Below, in pieces: positions 43,993 through 58,498 of a stretch of 64,000 nucleotides of DNA. Under the pieces are notes generated by a model that saw nothing but the letters and a program-made list of their open reading frames with translations, was not told where the DNA came from and made no database searches. The DNA comes from Eledone cirrhosa. Lineage: Eukaryota. The stretch spans positions 385,082,001 through 385,146,000 of the forward strand of contig OZ024740.1 of the NCBI GenBank assembly GCA_964016885.1. The letters are read 5' to 3'. Every line of letters begins with the position of its first letter. Positions within the stretch are counted from its first letter, which is position 1. The position numbers were made by a program, and so were the translations under genes.

Positions 43993-44620
43993 ACATATTT
44001 AGTTTTGGTTTAAATTTGTTAATAAATGTTTTTTCCTTATTTATTCTTTGTTGTTGAGTGAAAGAATCGGAGCACTTGTAAATGAGATAAATTTTAAAGT
44101 TGGGTAGAATCATTCCTGCACAATCTGCAATGTGGCTACTTAAGGGGATTTTCCTTGTGTCTACGTCTCGGATTTGTTGGCGATGGATGGTCATTCTTTT
44201 GCGTAATGACACCCCCGTCAGTCCTATATAGTTATGTCCACAGCCACCGCATGTGATTACATAGTTACAAGTGAAGTTGTTCTTTCACTGTGAAAGTTAG
44301 GCCATCTTTAAACGTGAATTTATGTCCTTCAGTTAAGTATAGGCATATTCCACAGTTTGTTCTTCCGCATTTTGTTACCGTAAGGTAGTAGGAGATAGGT
44401 TTGCGTATCTTTGTTGCAGTGAAAATCTGTTTTACTGATTTTGGTTGCTTCTTGCTTCTGATGATCTTGTGTGTTTCTAGAAATGTTTTCATTTGTTCAT
44501 CTTTAAATAGAATGGGGGGGGGGGGATGTAATAGGTCGAACATTTCGGTGTTTCTGGGGTTGAGCGTGGATACATATGGTAAGATATTGTTTGTGGTTTT
44601 GTGCTTTGGGATGACAATTT
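43991..44620 (-). mobile_element. Neptune-like PLE fragment (GIY-YIG end)
   Basis: KCGRTNCGIC; YVITCGGCGHNYIGLT; LRKRMTIHRQQI..EKTFINKFKPKLNM*. Confidence 0.85.
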
Positions 44621-44736
44621 GCGTGTTTTGCTTTGTCTATTCCGTTATTAATTATGTCATAATTAATAACTGAATAGACAACGGAAAGGATTTAAAAAAA
44701 AACAGACCCTTAAATATATTTTCCAATTTCACCTTT

Positions 44737-44804
<68 letters not shown>

Positions 44805-44855
44805 TGATTTTTCCCGAATGAAACAGTTCTAGCACTCTAGAAGGTATTTCTATAT

Positions 44856-44999
<144 letters not shown>

Positions 45000-45029
45000 A
45001 AATTGGAAAATATATATATATATATAATG

Positions 45030-45067
<38 letters not shown>

Positions 45068-45099
45068 CAAATTTATACGGGAACAAAACAGAGAGGCAG

Positions 45100-45139
<40 letters not shown>

Positions 45140-45276
45140 ATACTTTGGGAGGGTCATGTTGCCAATAAGAAACACACGCACCAGTTGCTTTCACTTCAAT
45201 TTATTATAAATTTTATAAATATAAATTTTATAAATTTGGTTGGTTGGTTCCACAACTGGTTGGTTGTTCATATATT

Positions 45277-45319
45277 GTCAAAGTTCTTTCCTCACACATT
45301 CTGTGACCTCTTCAGTAAC
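45277..45319 (-). ncRNA. Minimal hammerhead (homologue of 25561-25603) in pLTR fragment 45133-45380
   Basis: gtta CTGAAGA ggtcacagaatgtgtgag GAAA gaac TT tgac. Confidence 0.65.
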
Positions 45320-45852
45320 TGGGGATTCTTTTCTTTGTTTTGTGCCTCTCATTTGTTCTGTCCTACGCCATCTTGTTTTGTAATATATATATATTTTCAT
45401 ATATATATATCATAAAGTATGTCCATAGAATCATTTGATAAAATATATACACCATTTCTTCTCCCAATTAGCATAATTAACCACATAAAAAATCAATTAG
45501 ACCAGGCTATAAGAATAATGGCTCCTATGAAGAAATATTTGATAAATAAACGACAGCAGCCTCTTCGCGGCCGACCGCAATAGAATATTTACCCAACATT
45601 TCAACAGCACGTAGAAATCGACTAAATATACCGTCAACCATACACAATTAGGTATAAAATTAAAGTTAGAAGAAATGCGTACACTCTTACCATGATTGTG
45701 TCCCTACCCTGGGGTTTTGTTCGCGTTTTGAGATATCCTATTAAGGATAAAATCTCGAGTTTCGAACTCATCAGGAGACAAATTCATAGTACAGGTAATT
45801 TTCAAAAGCGATCCCCACCAGAAACAGATTCAAAATGGCTAAGAATTGTGAC

Positions 45853-45887
<35 letters not shown>

Positions 45888-45957
45888 CATAAAGTAAGAG
45901 TGGAAAAGCGGAGAAGTATATATAGAGCTTTTAGTCCGATAGAATAAATATTTCTTA

Positions 45958-46561
45958 CTAGCCGTGGTGCCCGGCGTTGCACGTATAAGGTATTTTGGAA
46001 CGCGGGCCGCCAACAGACCTAATCGTGGGAAAAATGCATGCCTGGACAATATGTAAAGAAAATAAACCGAATACTCTGATAGCTGGATAATCTTTAAGAT
46101 TTTCCTCGATGAAGCAGGGGAAAATGCAGGTTTTCACCTAATGCGGGCCCTAGGGGATCAAGAAAATGAATTTTTTTTATGTGCATAATATGCCTTGAAA
46201 TTTCGGGCAAATAGGCTAGACGTAACGCGTCAAAAAAGCCCTAAAAAGCTGAAAAAATTAAGTTTTTCACCTAATGCGGACCCTAGACGATAAAAAAGTT
46301 GGATTTTATTTGCTCACGGTAAGAAGAGACTGACTAATACATAGTTATAATTTCAAGGAAATCGGTCTGACGTAACGCCTAAAAAACCCCCTAAAAAGCT
46401 GAAAAAACGCAGTTTTTCACCTAATGCGGGCCCTAGGGGATCAGAAAGTTGAATGTTTTTATGTGCATAACACTCCCTGAAACATAAGTAGTATACATGT
46501 AAAGTTTGAAAAAATCGGTTGGGTACTTCTCGAGTTTTAGGCATTCAAACTCACACACACA

Positions 46562-46634
<73 letters not shown>

Positions 46635-46655
46635 CCACAGTTTTATATATATAGA
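45958..46655 (-). mobile_element. Non-autonomous Helitron
   Basis: Minus strand begins TCtatatatataaaa, then (TG)n and internal ~135-150-bp tandem units (gttttcacctaatgcgg x3 on the + strand). It ends with GC-rich cgtgcaacgccgggcaccacgg-CTAG and is inserted between A and T. Confidence 0.8.
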
Positions 46656-46993
46656 TAATTTTTACATTAAAAGAATTTAACTTTTATCAGATATTACCGG
46701 TTTCGATTTGTATATCAACATATCAAATATTTAATATATTCTTCTCATATTCTGTGGGCAATGCCCTTCTTACACACACATATATATATATATATATATT
46801 CACCATGAAGGTGGGTGGTGAGGGTTGAGGTGGTGCTCAACATGTCAGGTTTCAATTGATTTACTAGAAAATTCTATATATTTAAATAGTAAGTTCTTTT
46901 TTTCTTCAGAATAAAAGCTTAGATGGCATTTATTTCTGGGTATGTGTTTGCGTGTGCGCATGTGTGTGTGTGTGTGTGCATGTGTGTGTGTGT

Positions 46994-47127
<134 letters not shown>

Positions 47128-47728
47128 CCGTGATGTTCCATTGTATTCGGAATTCAAGATTATTTTCAGGGTTTGTATACGAATACAATAACAACAGACA
47201 AATGAATTAAAAAGTGATAGAAAGTTCTATTGAAAATATAGATAAATATTTGAATTTTGGAGGATATTAATATAATAAAAAAACATTTTGAGAAGAATTG
47301 TTTTTGGTATGGCAATGATTTCAGGAAAGTTGTGAGTTTTTTGTCTTGTTGTGTGTGGGGGGGGGGGGCTCAATTGTGTCAACAGTTAAAGTTTTCTTTT
47401 AGGGTCTGTAGACAAAAACAAGAATAAAAGAATGAAGAGAAGTAAATAAAAATACAAATATAGATATAAACATGATTGAAAGAAATCCATTGTGGAGGGC
47501 GGTTACATTTGTCAAAGAAGATGTTTCTGGAACATCTAATGAATAAATCCTAATAAAAAAGGTTTTTGGTAGAAGTTTCTTTGAAGTTTTGATATTTCCT
47601 TTTATCTTGTGGTGAAAATGTGTGTCTATGTGGGCGTGTGGGCGTGCGTATGTATATATATGTGTGATTGAACATGCATATTTTTGCTCATAAATTGATT
47701 GTTCTATAAATCAGTATTTATTGTCTAT

Positions 47729-50521
47729 TTACACATTTAATTGTGATTTATATTTTTTAATGAATTGTTTTTATTTATTTATTCTCTGATGTTGAGTGAA
47801 AGATTCTAAGCACTTGTAGAGGCGGGGTGACTTTTGAAGATGGGTAAGCCTATTCTTTTACATGCTGCAATGTGACTGCTTAAATGGGCAAGAACCATGT
47901 TTTCATCACGGATTTGTTGGTGGCGTGTGGTCATTCTTTTGCGTAATGACATTCCCGTCTATCGTATGTAATTTTGTAAATATCTGCCGCATGTAATCAC
48001 ATAGATTAGGTTTTTCGAGTTAGAGATAATTTTCTTTTTACTGTGAAGTGTTTTCCATCCTTAAATTTGAATATTGGTTCTTCAGTTTTGTAGATACCAC
48101 AATTTCTTCTTCTGCATTTTGGAACAATGGGGTTGGGGATTGGTTTATGGTTTTTGCCCAGTAAGGATATGTTTTTGTATTTTGGGTTGTCTTTTACTTT
48201 TGATAATTTCATGTGTTTCAAGAAATCTCTTTATTTTTTCATCTTCATATACAATATTTCGACATTTCTGGGGTTGAAAGTTGACACATATGATAAAACA
48301 TTTTCCCTGGTTCTGTTTTGTTTTCCTTGGCTCTTGTATATTTATGCTTTCTCTTTCTATTTCCGTTGGTGACTATACGAAGCTGGAAGGTTCTTTGGAT
48401 AAGTATATTTTTTCGGTTCATCCAGTCTTTGCTCATGTTTGATCGGGTCCCATACAATTGACCATATGCTTTTCGCTAGGTTAAAAGGAATCTTCAATTT
48501 CCTGTGTTTTTGGTGATTTTATGTAAATAGAAGGTACTTTTTGCAGTCTATGGGTTTATAGAAAATGTTTCTATTCACCCATACATTTTTGTGACTGAGA
48601 CATGAAAAAAATGCTAGTTCCTTCATATTAAACTCCATTGTGAATTACATGTGGCTGCTAGGTAATTTATCATATTCTTGAATTCTTTGACTGTATTAAG
48701 ATTTTTCTTCCATACGAGAAAACAATCGTCCAGGTACCTTTTCCGTGTGTTTTTTGTTGGGTATGAAATATGTCTCCAAATAGTAGAAGTGATTGGCTGT
48801 AAATTATTTGTTCATGGAATCCCATGATTGAATTGTTGTATCTGGGGGCTACGTTCATGCCAATAGCCGTTTCCGCCTGTACACAAATCCAATTGAACAT
48901 AAAATAATTGTTTTGCAATATGAAGCTGTTGCTATCAATGATGAATACCTTTTTATGTGTATCAGTAAGTCGGATTGGTATGTGTCTAACCAATATTCAA
49001 TTGATGTTATTCAATTTGTATATAATTTGACATCGATGAAGAAGAAAATTGTATGTTTACATACTATGTTTCGGAAGATGATTCAGCATGTCAACCTCAC
49101 CTCATATGTAACGCTGTACATGCTTTAGGAAAGGCTATAGGAGGATGTCTGGGAATTTACTCAGTTTGTGTGTTTCATATACAGGACCAGCTATAATTCG
49201 ACTAAGCTGTAAATCGTCTGGACTCGTTAACTGGAGGCATTTGGTTGTCGATGTTTTACAAACATCATATATCAATTTACATGTGTATTTTCGGTAGGCC
49301 AAAACATATGCTTGTTTTTTTTGTATTTGTTTTGTTTTTTGTTTGTATTATTTGAAGTAGCTTATGTAGTCGATTTATTTTGTGGTTAGGCCTTTGTAGT
49401 AATTATTTAGTAAAGTTGTTAGATTTTCCTAATTTTTTATTGTTTGTAGTTGGTTGTTTTTTCATAGTAACTGTTGTCTTCTAACATTTCTAGTGCCTGG
49501 TCGTTATAGTACTCTGTATTTATGATGACTACAGTGCTACCTTTATCAGCTTCTTTTCAGGGTTTTCTAGTAAATCAATTAGGTTCTTCCATTCAATATT
49601 TTTTAAATTTGATTCGGTGTTTCTATTTTCATTTTTTTCAATGGGAAAATTCAGGTATTCGCAGTAGGAATCTAGTGCTTTATTCCTTCCTTTCTTTGGG
49701 CAGAAAGCACTTATGTTTCTAACTAGTTATTTGTCTTCATTGTCATTGATTTCGTAAAAGAAAATAGGCTAGGCTGAGTTTTCGGCAGAATTCCGTGAAG
49801 ATGTTGAGGAGAATTATGTCTGTGGTTTGGGTGTGTTGTTTTGGTAGTTTGACTGTTTCGGCAAAGTTTCTTGTTTTGCTCAGTTTCTTTATGGAGGCGT
49901 TGTTTGAGTGGTGCATTTACTTAACTTCCTTTTCATATTTAAGGAACCAATTTTCACAAATGTTCCCATCGTTGCAATGATATAAGGTCTGTGTTCTCAT
50001 AGTCTTTGTCCAGAGTTTTAGGAGGTTTTGGAAGATTAGTCCTTCAGCTAATTTAGCACATTTTCTTTTCCAGTTGATGGTCAATATTTTGTATTTTTGT
50101 TCATTTATAGAAGCTCTTAATTTTAAAAGTTCTATTTCCATGTTTCAATTTGTTAAGTGACATTTGTTCCCGTAGTTTTCTTTGTTGTTCCGATTCGTTA
50201 GTTATCGGCTTTATTTGAAATTTTCTAGGTAAGGTAAGTGGGTAGATTATATCCATTTCTCGTATATTCCAGCTTTGATCATATTTTTCACCGTGTTCCA
50301 AAAATGTGAATGTTCTTATTTTTAAGTGTGTTTTTTCTCTCTCCAAATGTGTCCGATTTTGCTTTTGATATAGTGTCAAGTTTCTTGTTTCGTTTTACTG
50401 CTCAATAATTTTCCATCGTGTTGCATAATTGAAGTATATTGAGACTAAACTCATTATTGGTTGTCGTTCTGTTGTCCTCGTTGCTGCAGTCATGTGTAGA
50501 GTTCTATTAGGATTGCGACTT

Positions 50522-50525
<4 letters not shown>
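47729..50525 (-). mobile_element. Heavily decayed Neptune-like PLE
   Basis: Broken RT (ETAIGMNVAPRY, RYLDD) and GIY-YIG remnants similar to 43991-44620; degenerate HHRs with ACCGGT stem III near 46695 and 50649-50686. Confidence 0.75.
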
Positions 50526-50597
<72 letters not shown>

Positions 50598-50728
50598 ACA
50601 AGAAATCGAAAATTCAACTGGAGTCTTTCTAAGAATATTTATTTGTTTCTCTTACCGGTTTCACAGTTCTTATGCTTTTCAAAAGTAGAATTGAGATGGA
50701 GGGTTTGCGGCTTTTCTCGCATCTCCCC

Positions 50729-50801
<73 letters not shown>

Positions 50802-51499
50802 CCTCTGTATATATATACATACAGAGGGGGACACAGAGACAGCGAGATGGGTGCGCATGTGTGTGAGAGAGAGCGCAGGAGAGAGGGAAAGCAATTGATA
50901 GAATGTATATAAGATATAAGACCTACAATGTTTTTAAAATACAGTTTATGCTATTTAAAGAAACATGGAAACAATTTGGGCCACATCTCATCACATACTC
51001 ACACACAGGTCAGAAACCTCCAATTAGATTGTGTCAGAGTGTCTCACAACCTAACCTTCCTACCACTCTTCATCTAGTATACTGTATATTGGGTATACTA
51101 GAGCCTAGTAAACCGAAGTATGCCCTTAACCAAAATAAATCTACATTCTTCGCAAATCGCGAATGTATGTGTGTAATGTGATAAACAGTTAGAGTTATTA
51201 TAATCAGGCCAGCAGATATTTTTACTGGGAGTTTTCGAAAATATCATTGAAAATGCAACATTGTGTTTCGTATAAATTACAATTTTCTGAGGTAGAACTA
51301 CGTACAAATTAATAGTTTGGTGTATATATACATTTATGTATATTAGAAAGAATACTCAAATATCTCTACCCCAATGAAATGAGCCAGAACTACATGATAT
51401 TTTATTAACGTACTCTTCAATATTTTCGTATCATCTGAGTATATCGTAAAATCTATCCTTGTTTCTTCCTCAGACAACATTTTTGGTGGTGGTGCATAT

Positions 51500-51960
51500 A
51501 GTCTCTATATGCAAGATGCATGCTCAGAAGGGTATAAGAACTAAAGATACGAAAAAGGTGCAACAATCTTACATTGGCGAATGTAGAAAAAGTTTACATT
51601 TGAGCATGTGAAAAGGTGGCATGACCACAAATCAGAAAGTAATCCGTAAAAGTATTATGGGTTAGGGAAATTCATATGGATAGAGAACTGGAGCATTCCT
51701 GCCCCGATATCCTTATACACTATAAAGAGACATGCGTGTTGTGCCTAATCGATGCTGTATGACTATCGAGTGGAAGACAAAGAATGCCATAAAATAGGAA
51801 CATATTAAGACATGAAATACGAAATGCAAAGAATTGTATCCCACTTGTAAAGGAAGCCTTGGAGACAAAGAAAATAGTTTGTGTTTGTTTGAAAAGTTGA
51901 ATTTCCTGACTCTTCAGAAAGCTTGCTTGGCATAGCAAGAACTATACGAAGGGTGTTGGA
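51500..51960 (+). mobile_element. Decayed R4/Dong-like RLE fragment
   Basis: LHW..KRWHDHK..KVLW..DRELEHSCPDILI..LID across broken frames. Confidence 0.5.
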
Positions 51961-52019
51961 TATATAAGGTTTGGGAAAACAGCTTACTATTTAGCAATCC
52001 AGATAACGGGATATAAAAC

Positions 52020-52830
52020 AAATTCAAACGAAGTATATTCCCTAATAGGAGGCACATGGAAAAAGCCTCCAAAAATTCACGGTTGCCCTTACCACCAGGG
52101 CAAATACCTTCTCCCAGTTCTTCACCTCCAATCTACAGTCGCATACTCAGAGCAGGCCCATTCATTCAGGCCATGCGTGCCTCTCTCACCCAACTTTCAA
52201 CAAACTTCTTGACAGGTAGCACTTCCATCACCATGCTGATTCTTCCCTTCAAATGAAACTTGAAAACGTTAATCATAGCTTCGCCGAAGAAGAAAGTGCT
52301 TCTCTTCAGCACTTTTAGAAATGTCCACCACACGACCTCTTTCTTCATGCCCACCAAGCAGATAAAATCTGCCTGCCTATCCCGTCTAAAGGAAAGCGGC
52401 GGGGCAATCTGCACGAATGACACAACTAATAGCCAGATCCGTTTCACACGTGAAAGCAGGTGTTCGACATAAACCCACACGTCAGCAATGCTCAGACACT
52501 GGACGAGTGTATGTAGGACGCTTTCGTCGCCGTGTAGTCTGAGGTGGACCGGGACAAGGCACGATGGTCAGGTGGTAATATATGACGGACGCAATATAGT
52601 TCTTCGCCACTTCTTCCCGACCTTTCAGGGATAACTTTCTTTTAGCCCCTTTCTAGGTCAGCGAGGCCACCCTACTCATCATCTCATCCAAGTGTTTGTC
52701 CATTTGGAGGCCTGTACCAAACTAGACTCGACCAATTTAACCGGTCCGTACATCAAACGCACGACAATACGGTCGGACGACATGGATCTATCTCTCCAGG
52801 TTCGAGCTGCAGACCCACCGAGATCATCTG
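52020..52830 (-). mobile_element. Decayed Tx1/L1-like 3' fragment
   Basis: WVYVEHLLSRV..KEVVWWTFLK..FKFHLK..KFVESW, homologous to 60352-60720. Confidence 0.75.
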
Positions 52831-52834
52831 GATC

Positions 52835-54770
52835 ATGAAAGAGGGTAATCTGAACCAAATAGAGGGACAGAAGAGGGTGGATAGAACATCTCTGAATGAC
52901 TAGATAAAAAGAGTGAACGAGGTACTGAAATATATTAGAAAGGAAAATATATCTGATACAATTAAACTTATTGGTGCTACTGTTGTATTTATTGCAAGTA
53001 AAATAGGATTTGTAAATCCATCAAATTGGGGAGAAGGGAATGAACCATGGTGAAAGAGAAGAATTAAAGTATCAATTAACGAATTAAGAAGGCATATTAA
53101 CTTATTGGAACGTAAAAGGCAAAGGGAAATAAAGAAGAATAGAAAAGAAGTATAATGTACAGAAGAAATGTATAAAAGTTGTTATTGAGGAGTTGAAACA
53201 AATGATGCAGACCATGGCATCCAAACTGAGAAGATTCGAACAAAGAATCCAACAATATAAAATCAATAGAATGTTGCAGCATGATTAGAAAAGAGTGTAC
53301 CAAGTCCTCGAGGGTAAAAGTAAGAAAGAAAGAGTGACACCGGATTCAGAAGAAAACAAAAGGTTTTAATCAAATATCTGGGATAATGAGGTTCAACTTG
53401 ATAAGAAAGCTGAATGGTTGAAGGAATTGAGGGGAAAAAAAAACAAATGTGAAGAAAAGTGATACTGAAATAACAACAGGAATCGTATGCATGCAAGCAT
53501 AAAAAAACGAATTGGAAAATACATGAACCATATGAGGTCCAGGGATTTTGGTTAAAGAAGTTGACATCTTTACATGATCGAATCGCAGCTCAAATGAATT
53601 CCATGTTAAACAATTATGAAGAGATGCCTATATAGATGACAACGAGCTGGATTGTGTTCTGTCAGAAGGACCCTGTTAAAAACAACGTCGTACATAATTT
53701 TAGAACCATATCTTCCTTGCCATTAATGTGGAAACTTATCACTGGAATCATCTCTGAGACTGTATATAAATTCCTCGAGAAGAATGAAATCTACTGAAAG
53801 AGAAAGAGTGCAAAATGAACAGACGTGAAAAAAAAGATCAAGTGTTAATTGATAAAACAATCCTCCCAGATTGATAAAGTGGTAGAAGAAATTAGTCATG
53901 GCGTGGGTAGATAGACGGTGTCTAAGACATGATCCTACACAGTTGGATATTAGAGTGTCTGAAATTTACTCAATTACCAGGCAATATAATTAGGTTTATA
54001 GAAAGATCGATAGGTATCTGGAAAACAGAGTTAAATTCTTGTGGGGAACAGGCTCTTTTAGCAAACGAAGGGGTATATTTCAAGGAGATAGTTTATCACC
54101 ACTCTTATTTCTCACCCTGAGCCAAGTCCTGGAAAAAGGGAAAATGGTATATGTACTAGAGGTTAATAAGATGATTTAAAGTTATTTGCAAAAATGAGGA
54201 CGAAATTGATAGCTTCACATCTGCTGTAAACTTGATTAATCAGAATATTGGGATGATGTTTGGGATCACTGAAAAGTGTGTTGAAACCATGAAACATGGA
54301 AAACTAACAAATAATAAAGGGATTGAACTTGCAAATGGCCAGAATATTTAAAAAGCGAGAGAGGAAGGTTACAAGTATTTTGGAGTTTTTTAGTTCGATA
54401 AGATCAAAGAGAAATAAATGAAAATGTTTAAACAAAGAAAACCTCAGGCGGGTAAGACTTGTAATGGCGTCTAAATTGAATGGAAGGAATACGATCTAGG
54501 CAACGAAGACATGGGCTGTATATGTTATGTGCTATGAGGTAGGAGTTATTAAATGGAGGAAAGTTGGATTAGATGGTATTGAGAGAACTAGGGAATAGTT
54601 GACAGTGCATAAAGTACTCCGCCCAAAGTTTGATGTCGCAAGACTTCGTGCTAGAAGAAAGAAAGCAGGTAGAAGACTAATACGTTGTGAAAATTGTGTC
54701 AAAAGCAAAGAAAACAATCTAGCTTGGAACCTTAAAGATGTAAGGGGTAACATCATGTCAAACGTACACA
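52835..54770 (+). mobile_element. Decayed R4/Dong-like RT region
   Basis: Broken NFRTISSLPLMWKL, MILHSWILECL, GIFQGDSLSPL, TVHKVLRPKFDVARL. Confidence 0.75.
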
Positions 54771-54779
54771 ACGACAACG

Positions 54780-54783
54780 TCAA

Positions 54784-54842
<59 letters not shown>

Positions 54843-54850
54843 GCAGCAAT

Positions 54851-54902
<52 letters not shown>
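54780..54902. repeat. (CAA)n-(TAA)n microsatellite
   Basis: Direct reading. Confidence 0.97.
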
Positions 54903-54903
<1 letters not shown>

Positions 54904-55790
54904 GGAAAATACCCATAGCGAGCTAACAATCCTGATGTTGACAAAACTTTAACCCATCAGTGGTTGGCATCCTCTGGACTGAAATCGGAGACTGAAGGAC
55001 TGATTATATCGGCACAAGATCAGTGTCTGCCAACAAAAAATTACCAAGCCAACATAATAAAAAATGGGTGCAGCCCATTATGCCGTGTATGCAAAAAACA
55101 ACCAGAGACCATTGACCATATAATTTCAATGTGCAGTCCTATAGCTCCAACCGAATACCTAAACAGGCATGACAGAGCTGCACAATACATACATTGGATA
55201 ATGTGTAAGCATTTTGACCTGCCCCATCAAAAGAATTGGTGGGAGCATCAACCACCTCCCATACTTGAAAAAGATCACATCTCAATCTTGTGGAACTTTA
55301 GCATCCAAACAGACCGAAAAATAGATGCAAATAGACCTGATATAATATTGAAGGACTTTCAAAAGAGGGTATGCCTGCTAATTGATATGTCTGTTCCAAT
55401 AGACAAGAATGTATCTATAAAAACATTTGAAAAATTGAGCAAGTATAAGGACCTGGAGATAGAAATTGGAAAAATGTGGAAATTGAGAACTAAAACAATA
55501 CCAGTGGTTGTAGGCGCTCTGGGAATGATACCTAAGGGGTCTAATGATTACTTATCGCAAATCCCAGGAAACCCGCGTATAGGAGAAATACAAAAGATAG
55601 TACTAATGGGAACTGCCCATATACTAAGGAAGATTCTGTCAATATAAGTACATCACAAGTCTAGACACTAAAGATGCATGTGTGAATATGTATGTTCTTT
55701 CTTGAACATGGCGGACCTTGTTGTCTCTTGAGGTCACTGGTTGTGACTTGGTGATAACTCGTATGAACATAAAGCAAGATAAATGCAACT

Positions 55791-55792
<2 letters not shown>
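54903..55792 (+). mobile_element. R4/Dong-like element family 1, 5'-truncated, in (TAA)n
   Basis: ORF 54964-55647: CRVCK..ETIDHIISMC, RHD, ANRPDII..LIDMSVP..EKLSKYKDL; flanked by (TAA)n. Confidence 0.92.
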
Positions 55793-55837
<45 letters not shown>

Positions 55838-55842
<5 letters not shown>

Positions 55843-56025
55843 GTTTCCAGGGATGGTTAAAGAAAATTGGCCCCTTCACGCTTTTTGGAACGCTTCAAAA
55901 GGCATGCTTGCTGGGAACAGCAAGAATCCTCCGATACGTTCTGAATATCTGAGGCTGCAGGTAGTGGCTTGATATTCATTCCAACGGACTTTCCAGTTAA
56001 CCAACATCAATGACTGAGATTCAAG

Positions 56026-56027
<2 letters not shown>
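55838..56027 (+). mobile_element. R4/Dong-like family 2, short 3' fragment in (TAA)n
   Basis: Near-identical to 59738-59926. Confidence 0.9.
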
Positions 56028-56079
<52 letters not shown>

Positions 56080-56081
<2 letters not shown>

Positions 56082-58472
56082 CCAGCAAATGGAAATCCCC
56101 AGGAAAAGACAAAATACAAAACTTTTGGATAAATGGCTTCACAGAGTCTCATGAGCTGTTAGCCCAACTTTACAATGAAATAGTTAAGGAGCCAGAAAAG
56201 ATACCATCGTGGCTAGTTAACGGCATTACATTCCTGCTAATGAAGAATGATGAGACAAACAATCCCAAAAATTACAGACCGATAACCTGCTTGACCACAA
56301 TGTATAAAATTTTAACATCAGTCCTAACTGAATACACATATGACCACCTGATAACAAATTACCTATTTCCCATTGAGCAGAAAGGGTGTAAACGAGGCTC
56401 ATATGGCTGTAAGGATCAGCTTCTGGTTAACAAAATGATACTGGAAGATTGTCATAATAGACACAAAAATCTATCGATTGCTTGGATAGATTATAAAAAA
56501 GCATTCGATAGTTTGCCACACAGTTGGATTGAAAAATGTTTAGAGATTTTCAAAATATCCCCCGTTTTCAGGAGGTTTTTGTCATTCAGTATGAAGACAT
56601 GGAAAACGACACTCCTTTTGAATAGTGAAACAAAATCACTGGAAGCTGGAGAAGTTAATATTAATTGTGGAATTTTTCAGGGTGACTCTTTATCACCGCT
56701 TTTATTCTGCATCGCACTTATACCATTAAGTAAAATGCTCAATGAAACAAAACATGGATATAGAGTCTATGACAAAACCATTAATCACCTATTCTACATG
56801 GATGACCTGAAACTATTTGAAAAAAATGATGAACAATTGCAAGGGCTATTATCCACTGTGAAGCAGTTCAGTGATGACATTAAAATGGAGTTTGGACTGG
56901 ATAAATGCGCCAAAGCAACGTTCAGCAGAGGAGAGCTGCTGAAGAGTTCAGACATTAATCTTGATCGGGGGAACGTGATAAGAGAGCTTGATCAAGAAAA
57001 AACTTACAAATATCTAGGTGTTTGTGAAGGAGACGGAATCAAGCACTCGACAATGAGGGAAAGGATAAGGAAGGAATGTTACGGCAGAGTCAGAGCAATC
57101 TTAAGAACGGAATTGAATGCAAGGAATAGGATCGATGCCATAAACACGCTTGCCATACCAGTAGTAACCTACAGTTACAATGTCATCAACTGGTCAAGCA
57201 CAGAGATCCGTAGGCTCGATACAAAAATTCGAAAATTCTTAACCATGCACAGAATGCATCACCCTAAGGCAGACATAGATGGAATATATCTCCCTAGGAA
57301 AGAAGGAGGACGTGGGTTAATCCAGTAAGACATTGCGTTGAAAACTGCAACAATTGGATTATCCACATATCTAAGGGAATCACATGATTGGATGATCAAA
57401 CTCGTTTTGAAACACGAAAGCACCAAAAGATCATATTCCATTACAAAAGATGCACAAAGATACAGTAATGGACTACAAATTTCAGAAGTCCCATTTACTG
57501 TTGAAATGGAAAACACAGAAAAAGGAAAGCAGGTAAAAGTAACTGCAAAGAAAGAACTGCTACAGAAACTGGCTAAGAAATGGCAAGAAAAGCCTCTGTA
57601 TAGAAAATACCCAGAGCGAGCTAACAATCCTGATGTTGACAAAACTTTAACCCATCAGTGGTTGGCATCCTCTGGACTGAAATCGGAGACTGATCGGCAC
57701 AAGATCAGTGTCTGCCAACAAAAAATTACCAAGCCAACATAATAAAAAATGGGTGCAGCCCATTATGCCGTGTATGCAAAAAACAACCAGAGACCATTGA
57801 CCATATAATTTCAATGTGCAGTCCTATAGCTCCAACCGAATACCTAAACAGGCATGACAGAGCTGCACAATACATACATTGGATAATGTGTAAGCATTTT
57901 GACCTGCCCCATCAAAAGAATTGGTGGGAGCATCAACCGCCTCCCATACTTGAAAAAGATCACATCTCAATCTTGTGGAACTTTAGCATCCAAACAGACC
58001 GAAAAATAGATGCAAATAGACCTGATATAATATTGAAGGACTTTCAAAAGAGGGTATGCCTGCTAATTGATATGTCTGTTCCAATAGACAAGAATGTATC
58101 TATAAAAACATTTGAAAAATTGAGCAAGTATAAGGACCTGGAGATAGAAATTGGAAAAATGTGGAAATTGAGAACTAAAACAATACCAGTGGTTGTAGGC
58201 GCTCTGGGAATGATACCTAAGGGGTCTAACGACTACTTATCGCAAATCCCAGGAAACCCGCGTATAGGAGAAATACAAAAGATAGTACTAATTGGAACTG
58301 CCCATATACTAAGGAAGATCCTGTCAATATAAGTACATCACAAGTCTAAACACTAAAGATGCATGCGTGAATATGTATGTTCTTTCTTGAACATGGCGGA
58401 CCTTGTTGTCTCTTGAGGTCACTGGTTGTGACTTGGTGATAACTCGTATGAACATAAAGCAAGATAAATGCA
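56080..58472 (+). mobile_element. R4/Dong-like element family 1, long 5'-truncated copy (RT + RLE; stop at 57326-57328, 13-bp deletion ~57693)
   Basis: NYRPITCL, WIDYKKAFDS, GIFQGDSLSP, YMDDLKLF, FGLDKC, YKYLG; 3' part near-identical to 54903-55792; (TAA)n on both sides. Confidence 0.95.
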
Positions 58473-58498
58473 AATAATAATAATAATAATAATAATAA

